32,000 nucleotides of DNA from Candidatus Saccharimonadota bacterium (GCF_025273655.1 NZ_CP045921.1:300001-332000); one strand, 5' to 3'. Shown: positions 8,669 to 17,266, numbered from the stretch's first letter. Numbers and translations are program-made. Notes: generated by a model not told the origin, from the letters alone.

Positions 8669-8941
8669 TTACTTGACGTGTACTTGCGTGCGGGGCGCTG
8701 TCTTGCCAGTGAAGAGGCCTTTTTTGACCTTCTTGAACTCTACTACACCATCTTTGGCTGCATGAATCGTAAAGTTGCGGCTGATATAGGTGCCATCGCC
8801 TGCAAGCTTAGTAGCGCCCGTCTGACGTACGATCACTTGACCAGCTTTGACTGCTTGTCCGCCAAACAGTTTGACGCCAAGTCGTTTGCCGGGACTTTTG
8901 CGGTTGTTTTTACTTGAACCACCTGCCTTGACTTTTGACAT
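8669..8941 (-). CDS. rpmA: 50S ribosomal protein L27
   Basis: MSKVKAGGSSKNNRKSPGKRLGVKLFGGQ...GQVIVRQTG is the L27 signature. AAGGAG Shine-Dalgarno (plus-strand coordinates 8950-8955). Confidence 0.95.
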   Translation of the reverse strand: MSKVKAGGSSKNNRKSPGKRLGVKLFGGQAVKAGQVIVRQTGATKLAGDGTYISRNFTIHAAKDGVVEFKKVKKGLFTGKTAPRTQVHVK

Positions 8942-8980
8942 AGAGTAACTCCTTATAGTTTCTATTGAATAATCTACACC

Positions 8981-9009
8981 ATTGTACCGGAAATACCCCT
9001 ATACGTCAA
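8981..9009 (-). promoter_or_regulatory. canonical sigma70 promoter for rpmA (TTGACG-N17-TACAAT)
   Basis: On the minus strand, TTGACG (plus coordinates 9004-9009), an exact 17-nt spacer, and TACAAT (8981-8986). Confidence 0.6.
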
Positions 9010-9015
9010 GCGTAC

Positions 9016-9044
9016 TTGACCCGACATACGCCTCCATGTACTAT
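9016..9044 (+). promoter_or_regulatory. canonical sigma70 promoter for the 9072 gene (TTGACC-N17-TACTAT)
   Basis: TTGACC at 9016-9021, a 17-nt spacer, and TACTAT at 9039-9044. It sits back-to-back with the rpmA promoter, and the two -35 boxes form the inverted repeat GTCAAG/CTTGAC. Confidence 0.55.
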
Positions 9045-9071
9045 GGTGATAAGTAAATAAGGGTAAGCAGT

Positions 9072-10229
9072 ATGAACGACGACGAGAAAAAACCAGTCGT
9101 AGGTGAGGCGAAGGCTGATGAGCCAGAGAAGAAACCTGAGCAGGACGACGAGAGAAAAGTAGCTGTTAAGTTTGACGACGAGGCTGATACAAAAACTGAC
9201 GACACGGACAAAGAGGAGGATAGCAATAGCTTGACATCTGGTGTCGATCCCGAAGAACTCAAAAAAGCAGATGCAATTGATATTACAGCTGTACTAAGTG
9301 ATGATGATACAAAAACTGACGAATCTAAGCCAAATGAAGAGCCAGAAGAATCAGTAAGTGAGGAAGAGCGCGAACTTGGTCGCATAGAGGGCATCGAAAG
9401 TGCCGAGAATACCAAGCCCGACTCGAAAGAGGAAATTGCCGCGGAAGAGATCGATGAGGCGGAAGTAATGACGGCGCCGGTAGATCTCGAGAAAGAAACA
9501 GCTCAGTCGGATGAGGCCAAAAATCCTTTAGTCGAGGCTCTGCGCAAACAAGAGCAGTCTAAAGACGAGCCGAAAAAAGGTAAAGCTGGCCTGTTGGCTG
9601 GCCTTCTCGGTGTGTTGCTCGTGATCGCTCTGGCTGGAGCTGGCTATTTCTATATGCAAGTGGCGGATACAAATGATCAATTGGCTGCGGCACAGTCTGA
9701 GCTGACAAGCGCTCAAGCTACAAACAGCTCACTGAGTACTCAGCTGAAAAAAGCTACAGCCGAACAGCAAGCGGCGGCAGACAGTAGCGGGTATCGCACG
9801 ATCGAAGGTCTTGGTGTGCGCTTCAAAGAGACTGATGCGACAAAGACGATTGTGTTTGGCTATACGGTAGCACCAGCAGATACTGCGTCTGACGCAGTTG
9901 CCCTGTCGACGAAGACGCTCGTCAAGTTGACGACCGGCACGGGTGATGCGGCAACGCACCCATGTGCATTTACTGGCAATGTGCCAGTACTGGCTCGTTA
10001 CACGACCGATGTCAAAGTTGGCACTTCGACTGCCAGCAAGGCCGGTAAGAAGGTAGGGGATGCCTACTATGTCTACACTGCACCTACCACTGCTTGTGCG
10101 ACAACAGAGACAGCGGCTCAGACGGCACGTGATGCGGCAGCGAAGGCGATCTATGATTCGCTTGAGGTGGTTCCATCTAGCGCGGCAACCGGCGTCTCTT
10201 CTGTGAATGCGACAGCAACAGTTAAATAG
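9072..10229 (+). CDS. hypothetical bitopic membrane protein with a long acidic, low-complexity N-terminal region
   Basis: About 175 aa are D/E/K-rich (DDEKKPVVGEAKADEPEKKPEQDDE...). One TM helix (AGLLAGLLGVLLVIALAGAGYFY). A Q/A/S-rich coiled segment and a C-terminal T/A/V-rich domain with two Cys. I recognise no family. Confidence 0.6.
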   Translation: MNDDEKKPVVGEAKADEPEKKPEQDDERKVAVKFDDEADTKTDDTDKEEDSNSLTSGVDPEELKKADAIDITAVLSDDDTKTDESKPNEEPEESVSEEERELGRIEGIESAENTKPDSKEEIAAEEIDEAEVMTAPVDLEKETAQSDEAKNPLVEALRKQEQSKDEPKKGKAGLLAGLLGVLLVIALAGAGYFYMQVADTNDQLAAAQSELTSAQATNSSLSTQLKKATAEQQAAADSSGYRTIEGLGVRFKETDATKTIVFGYTVAPADTASDAVALSTKTLVKLTTGTGDAATHPCAFTGNVPVLARYTTDVKVGTSTASKAGKKVGDAYYVYTAPTTACATTETAAQTARDAAAKAIYDSLEVVPSSAATGVSSVNATATVK

Positions 10230-10254
10230 ACCACAGTAGACCATACGAAGAACT

Positions 10255-10296
10255 AAAATATAATTACCTGCCTAGATGCGGGTAATTATATTTTTT
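10255..10296. terminator. bidirectional intrinsic terminator shared by convergent genes
   Basis: AAAATATAATTACC (10255-10268) pairs with GGTAATTATATTTT (10281-10294), followed by T-runs on both strands. The 3' arm overlaps the last codons of the minus-strand methyltransferase. Confidence 0.7.
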
Positions 10297-11446
10297 CGAT
10301 CACGAGTAGTTCGCGAGCAACAACTTGGTCTTCGCGATAGTAAAGTAATTCGCTTGCCTCAACTGAAGTGAGCGCAATACGCCGGAATCCATATGATTCG
10401 AGCTCGCGAGTGAGAGGTAAATGTGTAAACGATCCGTCGGTCGCACGCCATGCGGGCACGGCTATGCAGAGCGGCGTACCCGATGCAAGTTGACTCGCGA
10501 TGTTGGCAAGAAATGACACGATGATGTGATTGCAGTTGCCTCGAACCTCGCGTAGCTTGGTGGGCGATGGTGGTGCCGAGAACGGCTGACCAAGGTATGT
10601 TTCGCAGGCCACCGCATCGATAGGGGGCTGCCACTGCATTGCCATCGCATCTCCTTGACTGAGTCGATACTGTCCAGGCGCGTGTAGTTTTTGTTGTGCC
10701 CACGCGAGATTGACCTCAGAAAAATCGATCATTTTGTCTGCAAGATCGGTACCGTAGGTATTGTAGCCCATGAGCATGGCTTCTTGGAGGAGGACCCCGG
10801 TACCGCAAAACGGATCGAGCACGGTGAGTGGCGCCCGGCGTGAGCCGGTGGCAAGATTGACAATAATCTGAGCAAGCTTGGGCGGCAGCATGCCGACAAA
10901 TGCATCGCGTTTGGGCCGCCCTTGATCGCGGCGAGCGAGGGCAGTGATGTGCTGCGCGCCAGTGCTTTCAGCGATGATAATCGTGCCATCACTACCTTTT
11001 GCGATGAGTAGCTCTACTTTGGTTGGTGAGAGACCGAGTTTATTGTGATGCGCAGTGGCTGTGTTGAGTGCGGCGCTTGTGTTGGGGATGAGGCGCAGGC
11101 TCGTGTCGTGCTGCTTAAGTTTTTTTTTGAGCTCAAGACCAGTGCGCTGAATATCTCTAGATGTAGCACGTAAGCCATAGACGCTTATGCCGAGAGTAAT
11201 CTTATGATCGCTTGACTTCCACTGGTTTGTGTAGTGTTGCATAATTTTTGTATGCACGTCACGCCATTCGCCTCTGGGGAGTGTCAACACGACACGACCT
11301 GTTTTGAGCGAGCCTCCAAGCTTCAGGACATCTGGTGCTGCCTCGAGCGTGGCGACGCTAGCAGAAAAACGCCGTGCGCTACCGTAGGCTCGCTCCAGCT
11401 CTGCAAGTCCAAGCGCACTCTGGCGACCGAGGATTGTCATGTACAT
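10286..11446 (-). CDS. SAM-dependent methyltransferase, UPF0020/Trm11-Trm14-like (putative RNA N2-guanine methylase class)
   Basis: Motif I VLDPFCGTGVLLQEAMLMGYNTYGTDL, preceded by RPKRDAFVGMLPPKLAQIIVNLA, which is typical of UPF0020 methylases. I chose start ATG 11446 because TATACT sits 6 nt upstream. The ORF extends to 11539. Confidence 0.6.
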   Translation of the reverse strand: MYMTILGRQSALGLAELERAYGSARRFSASVATLEAAPDVLKLGGSLKTGRVVLTLPRGEWRDVHTKIMQHYTNQWKSSDHKITLGISVYGLRATSRDIQRTGLELKKKLKQHDTSLRLIPNTSAALNTATAHHNKLGLSPTKVELLIAKGSDGTIIIAESTGAQHITALARRDQGRPKRDAFVGMLPPKLAQIIVNLATGSRRAPLTVLDPFCGTGVLLQEAMLMGYNTYGTDLADKMIDFSEVNLAWAQQKLHAPGQYRLSQGDAMAMQWQPPIDAVACETYLGQPFSAPPSPTKLREVRGNCNHIIVSFLANIASQLASGTPLCIAVPAWRATDGSFTHLPLTRELESYGFRRIALTSVEASELLYYREDQVVARELLVIEKI

Positions 11447-11511
11447 ATCACCAGTATACATGCCTGACGGCCTGAGGCATAACGCGCCGCGACGTGCTAC
11501 ACTAAGACTAT

Positions 11512-12564
11512 ATGTTGAAGGGAATTTCTGGCCGTACATGGGTGAGTATCATCACCGTCGCTTTTCTGGCGCTGGTACTGTACCTGGCGCGCCATGAGAT
11601 CGAGAAAGCATACAATCTGCTCGACCAAGTGAATCTCTGGATTTTACTACTCCTCATCCCATTGCAGTTTGTCTCGTATTACGCAGCGGGTGAGATGATT
11701 TTTGCATACCTGAAGCGACAGAAGCATATCAAAAACATCTCCAATCTGACGTTGCCGCGCTTAGCACTTGAGATGAATTTCGTCAATCATGTGCTGCCGA
11801 GTGGAGGCGTGAGCGGTATTTCGTACATGGGATGGCGACTCAAGCATTATGGGGTGTCGGCAAGCCGATCGACAGCCGCGCAGCTAGTGCGTATGGTGTC
11901 GGCATTTCTCTCATTTGGTATTTTGTTGCTGCTTGCAATTGTACTGATGGCGATTGACGGCAATATCAATCGTTGGGTTGTTGGCTCGTCGATCGGGCTT
12001 GTCGTAATTATGGGTGGGGCGATGCTACTCGTAATGTATTTGCTCAATCACAAGGAGCGTGTCGGTGGGTTTGCGCGACGACTGACAAGCCTGGTCAATA
12101 CGACGGTGCGCTTAGCGACATTTGGTCGTGTGGGACCCGTCATGAAAGAGGATGCAATCCGCGCGTTTTTCGAAGAAGTGCGCGACGATTATACGTTTAT
12201 TCGCAAAAATCTGCGAGTGCTGGTAGTACCGTTTCTATGGGGTTTGGTGTTCAATGTTGTTGAAGTCGCGATGTTTTATGTGTCGTTTTTGGCGCTGGGG
12301 CATCCTGTCAATCCAGCGCCGCTAGTGATCGCCTACGGGCTCGCGGGATTGGCTGGATTCTTCATGGTTACACCAGGCGGTGCGGGCGCATACGAAGCGA
12401 TCATGGTGGCGTTTCTCACGGTTGCGGGCATTCCACCTGGGATCGCATTACTTGCGATTTTGCTCACGCGTGTACTGCTGATGCTCGGTACGATTGCTGC
12501 AGGTTACCTATTTTATCAACAAGCGATTTTGACTCATGGAAAACAGCCAGTTACCCGCGTTTAG
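11512..12564 (+). CDS. UPF0104 / lysyl-phosphatidylglycerol-synthase-TM-region-like (flippase-like) integral membrane protein
   Basis: About 8 TM helices. LPSGGVSGISYMGWRL and VTPGGAGAYEAIMV motifs are characteristic of the LPG_synthase_TM/UPF0104 family. Confidence 0.7.
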   Translation: MLKGISGRTWVSIITVAFLALVLYLARHEIEKAYNLLDQVNLWILLLLIPLQFVSYYAAGEMIFAYLKRQKHIKNISNLTLPRLALEMNFVNHVLPSGGVSGISYMGWRLKHYGVSASRSTAAQLVRMVSAFLSFGILLLLAIVLMAIDGNINRWVVGSSIGLVVIMGGAMLLVMYLLNHKERVGGFARRLTSLVNTTVRLATFGRVGPVMKEDAIRAFFEEVRDDYTFIRKNLRVLVVPFLWGLVFNVVEVAMFYVSFLALGHPVNPAPLVIAYGLAGLAGFFMVTPGGAGAYEAIMVAFLTVAGIPPGIALLAILLTRVLLMLGTIAAGYLFYQQAILTHGKQPVTRV

Positions 12565-13636
12565 CGTCTCTGATTTTGTCGCAAGCACAAATCAGACGCT
12601 GGAATACGCCTATCCAACTGTTGTAGTGGAGGGCGAGGTAGAATCGTTCAAGGTCAATCAGGGTAAGTTCGTGTTTTTTAATCTCAAAGATGCAGGAGCG
12701 AGCATCGGCTGTTTTATGATGGTGTTTGCGCTGCGAGTACCGCTTGAAGACGGTATGAAAGTGGCAGTGCGGGCCAGGCCCAAGCTGACAAACTTTGGTA
12801 AATTTAGCCTGACAGTCGATGCGATCAAACCTGTAGGTGAGGGTAGTATCAAAAAAGGGTTTGAGTTGCTTAAGGCCAAGCTAGATGCCGAAGGATTGTT
12901 TGCACCGGAGCGTAAGCGATTGCTGCCAACGATACCACGTACCGTAGGCATCATATCGAGCATGCAGTCGGCCGGTTACGGTGACTTTATGAAGATCGCC
13001 AACGAGCGGTGGGGCGGCGTGGAGTTCAAGGTGTATCACACACTAGTGCAGGGGCTCGATGCGCCAGAGGCGATGGTGCGAGCTATCGAGTATTTCAATC
13101 AGCTTGAAACACCACTTGACGCGCTGGTGATCATCCGCGGCGGCGGGAGTACCGATGATCTGAGTGCGTTCAATGACGAACAGCTAGTGCGCTCGATTGC
13201 TGCCAGTCGCACACCAACTCTGGTGGGTGTGGGGCACGAGGTCGATGTGACACTGAGTGACCTGGCGGCGGATGTGCGCGCTGCGACACCAAGCAATGCC
13301 GCACAGCTTCTTCTGCCGGACAAACGTGAAGTGTCGACTCGCGTCAAGTCGCTAGCCTCGCGCCTTGCGCCTCGTATGGTGCAGCTGATATTGCAACGAG
13401 CGGAGTATGTGCAGGGTTTGCGACTCGAGATGTATCGAAAGATCTCGAGTCAATTAGAGCAAGTTGAAGTACGGGTCGGCCAGCATGCGCGCTTACTTGA
13501 GTCCTACAATCCTGCGCACGTGTTGGCGCGTGGCTATGCGCTCGTGCGCGGTGATGCAAAGCCAGGTGGTATGATAGAAGTAGAGAGCAGCACCTATACG
13601 CTAACTGCAGAGGTAAAAAGTTATGACAAAAAATAA
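12536..13636 (+). CDS. xseA: exodeoxyribonuclease VII large subunit
   Basis: N-terminal OB-fold pattern FSVSDFVASTNQTLEYAYPTVVVEGEVESF. Catalytic-domain motifs VGIISSMQSAGYGDF, IIRGGGSTDDLSAFNDE and VGVGHEVDVTLSD. Overlaps the upstream gene by 29 nt. Confidence 0.9.
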   Translation: MENSQLPAFSVSDFVASTNQTLEYAYPTVVVEGEVESFKVNQGKFVFFNLKDAGASIGCFMMVFALRVPLEDGMKVAVRARPKLTNFGKFSLTVDAIKPVGEGSIKKGFELLKAKLDAEGLFAPERKRLLPTIPRTVGIISSMQSAGYGDFMKIANERWGGVEFKVYHTLVQGLDAPEAMVRAIEYFNQLETPLDALVIIRGGGSTDDLSAFNDEQLVRSIAASRTPTLVGVGHEVDVTLSDLAADVRAATPSNAAQLLLPDKREVSTRVKSLASRLAPRMVQLILQRAEYVQGLRLEMYRKISSQLEQVEVRVGQHARLLESYNPAHVLARGYALVRGDAKPGGMIEVESSTYTLTAEVKSYDKK

Positions 13637-13823
13637 TGATACGACAATCGAACAAAAAATCGAACAACTCGAGCAAGCTGTTGCGTGGTTCGACAGTGAT
13701 GAATTTGTGCTCGAGCAGGCGACCTCTTGTTATGAACAAGCACAGAAGCTTGCCGACGAGATCCAGCGCGATATCGCGGGACTCAAAAATACTATCGAGC
13801 AGGTGAGCGACTCGGGCAAATAG
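13623..13823 (+). CDS. xseB: exodeoxyribonuclease VII small subunit
   Basis: 66-aa helical protein (IEQKIEQLEQAVAWFDSDEFVLEQATSCYEQAQKLADEI). Overlaps the xseA end by 14 nt. Confidence 0.85.
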   Translation: MTKNNDTTIEQKIEQLEQAVAWFDSDEFVLEQATSCYEQAQKLADEIQRDIAGLKNTIEQVSDSGK

Positions 13824-13824
13824 C

Positions 13825-14358
13825 ATGCTGACAATTTTTGTAGTCATCGTGGCAGTGATACTCCTGGTATTTCTTGGCACGGTACTGGTAGGCGCACCGT
13901 ACGTACCGACGCAGCAGCGAGAACTGGCTGAAGCGTTCGATGAACTACGGCCGCTTGGCAAGGACGATGTGGTGCTCGATATCGGCAGTGGCGATGGTGT
14001 AGTGCTGCGAGCTGCCGCACTGCGTGGTGCGCAAGCTGTCGGCTATGAGCTCAATCCGTTCCTCGTCGTAGCCTCGCGACTACGCTTACGGCATGTAAAG
14101 CCGCGCCCGCGCGTGGAGCTACGTAATCTTTGGACAACGCAGTTTCCTGATGATGTAACGCTGGTATACACGTTTGGCGAGTCCCGTGATATCGCCAAAA
14201 TGTATCAAAAAGTTGAGCAAGAGGCTGCGCGACTTGGGCGGCCACTCGAGTTTGTTAGCTATGGCTTCGCAGTACCGAGTGTCGCGGCCACACGTCAACA
14301 TCGTGCGCATTTTTTGTATCACATTTCTCCTTTACACCCCGAGAAACCACAAGTATAA
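13825..14358 (+). CDS. membrane-anchored class I SAM-dependent methyltransferase (FAM173/ATPSCKMT-like layout)
   Basis: N-terminal TM helix, then GAPYVPT, then motif I VLDIGSGDGVVLRAAALRGAQAVGYELNPFLV. The start lies 1 nt after the xseB stop. Confidence 0.7.
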   Translation: MLTIFVVIVAVILLVFLGTVLVGAPYVPTQQRELAEAFDELRPLGKDDVVLDIGSGDGVVLRAAALRGAQAVGYELNPFLVVASRLRLRHVKPRPRVELRNLWTTQFPDDVTLVYTFGESRDIAKMYQKVEQEAARLGRPLEFVSYGFAVPSVAATRQHRAHFLYHISPLHPEKPQV

Positions 14359-15023
14359 TGGGCGACATGAATACTCTACACAAACATGAAGAAGGCGGCG
14401 CTTCGCTATTACTGATCGCGGTGATTATCCTCGGTCTTACGACTGTCGTATTTGGCGGCTTATCGATCTGGGCATATACGCAGTATCAGGCCAAAAGCAC
14501 CGACGTGAACGGGCAGATCAAAGTAGCCGTAGTTGAAGCCGAAAAGGCTCAGCAGGAAGTTGACGAGAAGAAGTTTGCTGAACGCGAAAAAGAACCGAAT
14601 CGTGACTTCGTAGGCCCAGACGATTATGGACGTGTGACATTTAAATATCCCAAGACATGGAGTGTCTATATTGCGAGCGATCCTACTAAGGGCGGCAAAT
14701 ACGAGGCATACCTCCACCCAGTCACCGTACCAAAGGTGAGCGCTACAGAGCAGTTTGCGCTGCGAGTGACCGTCGAGGAGCGTGATTACGACCAGGTGAT
14801 CGAAAGCTACAAGTCGAAGGTGAACAACGGGGACTTGGCCTCGTCGGCGACAACATCCCAGGGAAATACCGGTACACGCTACGATGGCAACTTCAGCGAA
14901 AACATCCGAGGTTCAGCTGTAGTCTACAAGATTCGAGACAAAACGCTCACGATCCGCACCGACGCCAACACGTTTAAGCCTGATTTTGACGCGCTCATCA
15001 AAACCGTTACATTTAACCAATAG
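14358..15023 (+). CDS. hypothetical membrane-anchored protein
   Basis: One TM helix (LLLIAVIILGLTTVVFGGLSIWAY) followed by a soluble beta-rich domain, with no recognised family. ATG 14358 overlaps the upstream TAA. ATG 14367 is an alternative start (TATAAT at 14354-14359 lies 7 nt upstream). Confidence 0.6.
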   Translation: MGDMNTLHKHEEGGASLLLIAVIILGLTTVVFGGLSIWAYTQYQAKSTDVNGQIKVAVVEAEKAQQEVDEKKFAEREKEPNRDFVGPDDYGRVTFKYPKTWSVYIASDPTKGGKYEAYLHPVTVPKVSATEQFALRVTVEERDYDQVIESYKSKVNNGDLASSATTSQGNTGTRYDGNFSENIRGSAVVYKIRDKTLTIRTDANTFKPDFDALIKTVTFNQ

Positions 15024-15061
15024 CAATATTGCCCGTATCCGCTTCGTGCTACCATAGAGGT

Positions 15062-15760
15062 ATGACACGGAGGGATATAGTGCAGTCGCATGGCCCGTCG
15101 TATGACGGGTCATTTGGTATCATGGGCGCTGCGCACGAGCTTAAGGCGCCAACCGCATTGATGCGCCAGCTCGCGCTCGAGCTGCGCGAGAGCCTTAGCG
15201 ATACACAGCAGCGTCAACTGGTTGATCAGCTTATCCTCACCAGCGAGCGCTCTCTGCGACTCACGAGCAATCTCACCAAGACGGCGCGACTTGAGGATGG
15301 GCTGTTTGAACTCGAGCCAATCAATGCTCAGCAAATCTGCGAAGAAGTGGTGCAAGAGCTTGCACCCCTATACCGAGCGCACGGTCGCACGCTAGACGTG
15401 CAGCCGCGACGCAATCCGCCGCTAGTAGTGGCCAACCGAGAGCTACTTCGACGTGTACTACTTGGTTTTGGCGACAATGCTTTGCACTATGGGTCAGAGA
15501 AAACCCCAGTGGTACTCACAGTGGAGCGAGCGCAGCGACGCGTGGTTGTGGGCGTACGTGACACTGGGCCGATTTTGCCACATCGTGGGATACCTGCGAA
15601 CCCAGCGATCACTGGTCGACCAGCCTCAAGTGGCTTGGGGCTTATGATTGCTGAGCGTTTTGCGGCGGCCATGGAGAGTCATATCGGCACTCATCGGCAC
15701 CGCGACGGCATGACGTTCTATATCAACATGATGGCGTCCGAGCAGCTGGCACTTCTGTGA
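15062..15760 (+). CDS. cytoplasmic sensorless histidine kinase (DHp plus catalytic domain only)
   Basis: H-box AAHELKAPTALMRQL near residue 25. N-box-like GDNALHYG, G1-like VRDTGPI and G2 GLGLMIAERF. No hydrophobic segment. TGCTACCAT ends 6 nt before ATG 15062. Confidence 0.75.
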   Translation: MTRRDIVQSHGPSYDGSFGIMGAAHELKAPTALMRQLALELRESLSDTQQRQLVDQLILTSERSLRLTSNLTKTARLEDGLFELEPINAQQICEEVVQELAPLYRAHGRTLDVQPRRNPPLVVANRELLRRVLLGFGDNALHYGSEKTPVVLTVERAQRRVVVGVRDTGPILPHRGIPANPAITGRPASSGLGLMIAERFAAAMESHIGTHRHRDGMTFYINMMASEQLALL

Positions 15761-16122
15761 CCACAATACTATTGGTAGAAGATGATATGTGGTTTGCTGC
15801 ACAGCAACAGCGAATACTTGCTGGCGCCGGCTATACGGTAACTCACGTGTCAGATGCGCAAGCTGCTGTAGATCAGATAGAGGTAGCAGATATACATGCG
15901 ATTGTGCTTGATGTGCTGCTAGCGTACAACACGGCTTTTACGCTGCTACACGAGCTGCAGTCGTATGAAGAGACGAGCAAACTACCCGTAGTTATGTATA
16001 CAACACAAGCTGAGTTGCTCAATATGGAAGCGCTCAAATCGTATGGCATTCAAGTGGTGCTAGACAAGACAACGATGCGCCCAGATGATACAGTGCGTGC
16101 ACTTACAAGGGTTGGAGTATGA
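15757..16122 (+). CDS. receiver-only response regulator
   Basis: ILLVEDD, IVLDVLL (acceptor Asp), VVMYTT and VLDKT receiver motifs, with no output domain. GTG start in a GTGA overlap with the kinase stop. Confidence 0.75.
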   Translation: MTTILLVEDDMWFAAQQQRILAGAGYTVTHVSDAQAAVDQIEVADIHAIVLDVLLAYNTAFTLLHELQSYEETSKLPVVMYTTQAELLNMEALKSYGIQVVLDKTTMRPDDTVRALTRVGV

Positions 16123-16796
16123 AGCCGGAACGCACTCAAGCGATCGTGCTACGGCGCACAGATTACGGCGAAAGTGATCGCATATTGCAGCTTATTACGC
16201 CACTGGGTAAGCGGAGCGCTATGGCGCGCGGTGTGCGCAAACCACGCTCCAAGCTTGCCGGCGGTGTAGAACTGCTCGCGGAGAGTGAAGTGCTGCTGCG
16301 CCCTGGCAAGGGCGAGCTGATGGTACTGAGCTCAGCTCGCATGGTGACATTTTATCGGCAGATACTGGCGGACTACGATAGACTGCAGTTTGCCTACGAA
16401 GTACTTAAGCTAGTATCTCGCGCTAGCGAACATGCTGATAGCAGCGAATGGTTTACGGTTACCAAGGAGGTACTGGCCGGGCTCGATGATCCGTCAACTA
16501 GCTCGGCACTTACCAAGGCATGGTTTTATATTCAATACGCCCGGCTCATGGGCGACGAACTTAGTACGCAGCGCGACGCTCTAGGGGAACTGCTTCGGGC
16601 AGATCAAACGTATCGCTATAATGTCGGCGAAAAAGCATTAGTACCGCACGACGCAGGTGATATCACGGCGAACCATATCAAAGTGCTGCGTCTTTTGGCC
16701 GAGCGCCCCCTCCATGTGGCGCGACATGTCAGTGGGCTTAGTGAATACCTCATCGTCGTGGCGGCGACAGCGCATCAGCATGCGGCTACAGATTAA
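16119..16796 (+). CDS. recO: DNA repair protein RecO
   Basis: MKPERTQAIVLRRTDYGESDRILQLITPLGKRSAMARGVRKPRSKLAG is the RecO N-terminal OB-fold signature. ATGA overlap with the upstream regulator. Confidence 0.85.
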   Translation: MKPERTQAIVLRRTDYGESDRILQLITPLGKRSAMARGVRKPRSKLAGGVELLAESEVLLRPGKGELMVLSSARMVTFYRQILADYDRLQFAYEVLKLVSRASEHADSSEWFTVTKEVLAGLDDPSTSSALTKAWFYIQYARLMGDELSTQRDALGELLRADQTYRYNVGEKALVPHDAGDITANHIKVLRLLAERPLHVARHVSGLSEYLIVVAATAHQHAATD

Positions 16797-16818
16797 CGAA
16801 AAGCGGAGCGAGGTAATG

Positions 16819-16860
16819 GCCATGCCACCGGACACAGCGAAGTGTTCACGGTGGCATGGC
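16819..16860. terminator. long hairpin between recO and a convergent minus-strand ORF
   Basis: GCCATGCCACCG (16819-16830) pairs with CGGTGGCATGGC (16849-16860). An inner ACAC/GTGT extension is present. There is no adjacent U-tract on either strand. Confidence 0.45.
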
Positions 16861-16870
16861 TCCGAGGGGA

Positions 16871-17266
16871 CTAGCGGGCAAACCCTGGCGGTTTTTTGAG
16901 CAAGCGGCGCCAGGTAGGCATATGCCAACAAGCAAACGCTTGCGCTTCGTATCCAGGATGGAGCTTAGTCGTAGGCGAGAACATAGAGCTGTACATGAGG
17001 TGGGCCGTTTCCGAGTGGAGTTGCTTGGCAATCCTCAACAGCTTTAGCCTTGCGTCACTGCTCTCATGATGCACGGTGGCATCGTGAGCACACAGTAAAA
17101 GCCCCCTGACTTTTTTTGCGCCTCCTTCCTCGTATTTGCGCACTGCGAGCAAATCGCGTTTGAGTTGCGAGCCGAACGACTCGACGAGCAGTGTTGTGAG
17201 CTCAGTATTTCCTTCTTGCACTGAGTTGCAGAAGGTGAAATACGTGCTGGAGTAGGGCACTTCCAT
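16871..17266 (-). CDS. hypothetical protein (orphan; coding status uncertain)
   Basis: 131-codon ORF in an otherwise unassigned 570-bp gap. The N-terminal two thirds look like amphipathic helices (TELTTLLVESFGSQLKRDLLAVRKYEE). It contains RIAKQLH (an Rx5H spacing) and CAHDATVHH. The C-terminal third looks non-protein-like. A 39-nt imperfect palindrome inside it argues against coding. Confidence 0.35.
   Translation of the reverse strand: MEVPYSSTYFTFCNSVQEGNTELTTLLVESFGSQLKRDLLAVRKYEEGGAKKVRGLLLCAHDATVHHESSDARLKLLRIAKQLHSETAHLMYSSMFSPTTKLHPGYEAQAFACWHMPTWRRLLKKPPGFAR

Noticed and set aside
13344-13961. 205-codon ORF antisense to xseA, xseB and the methyltransferase gene. Similar antisense ORFs lie at 9729-10244, 19132-19620 and 27883-28503.
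   Set aside because: All overlap strongly supported sense genes and translate to Arg/Cys/His-rich sequence lacking motifs.
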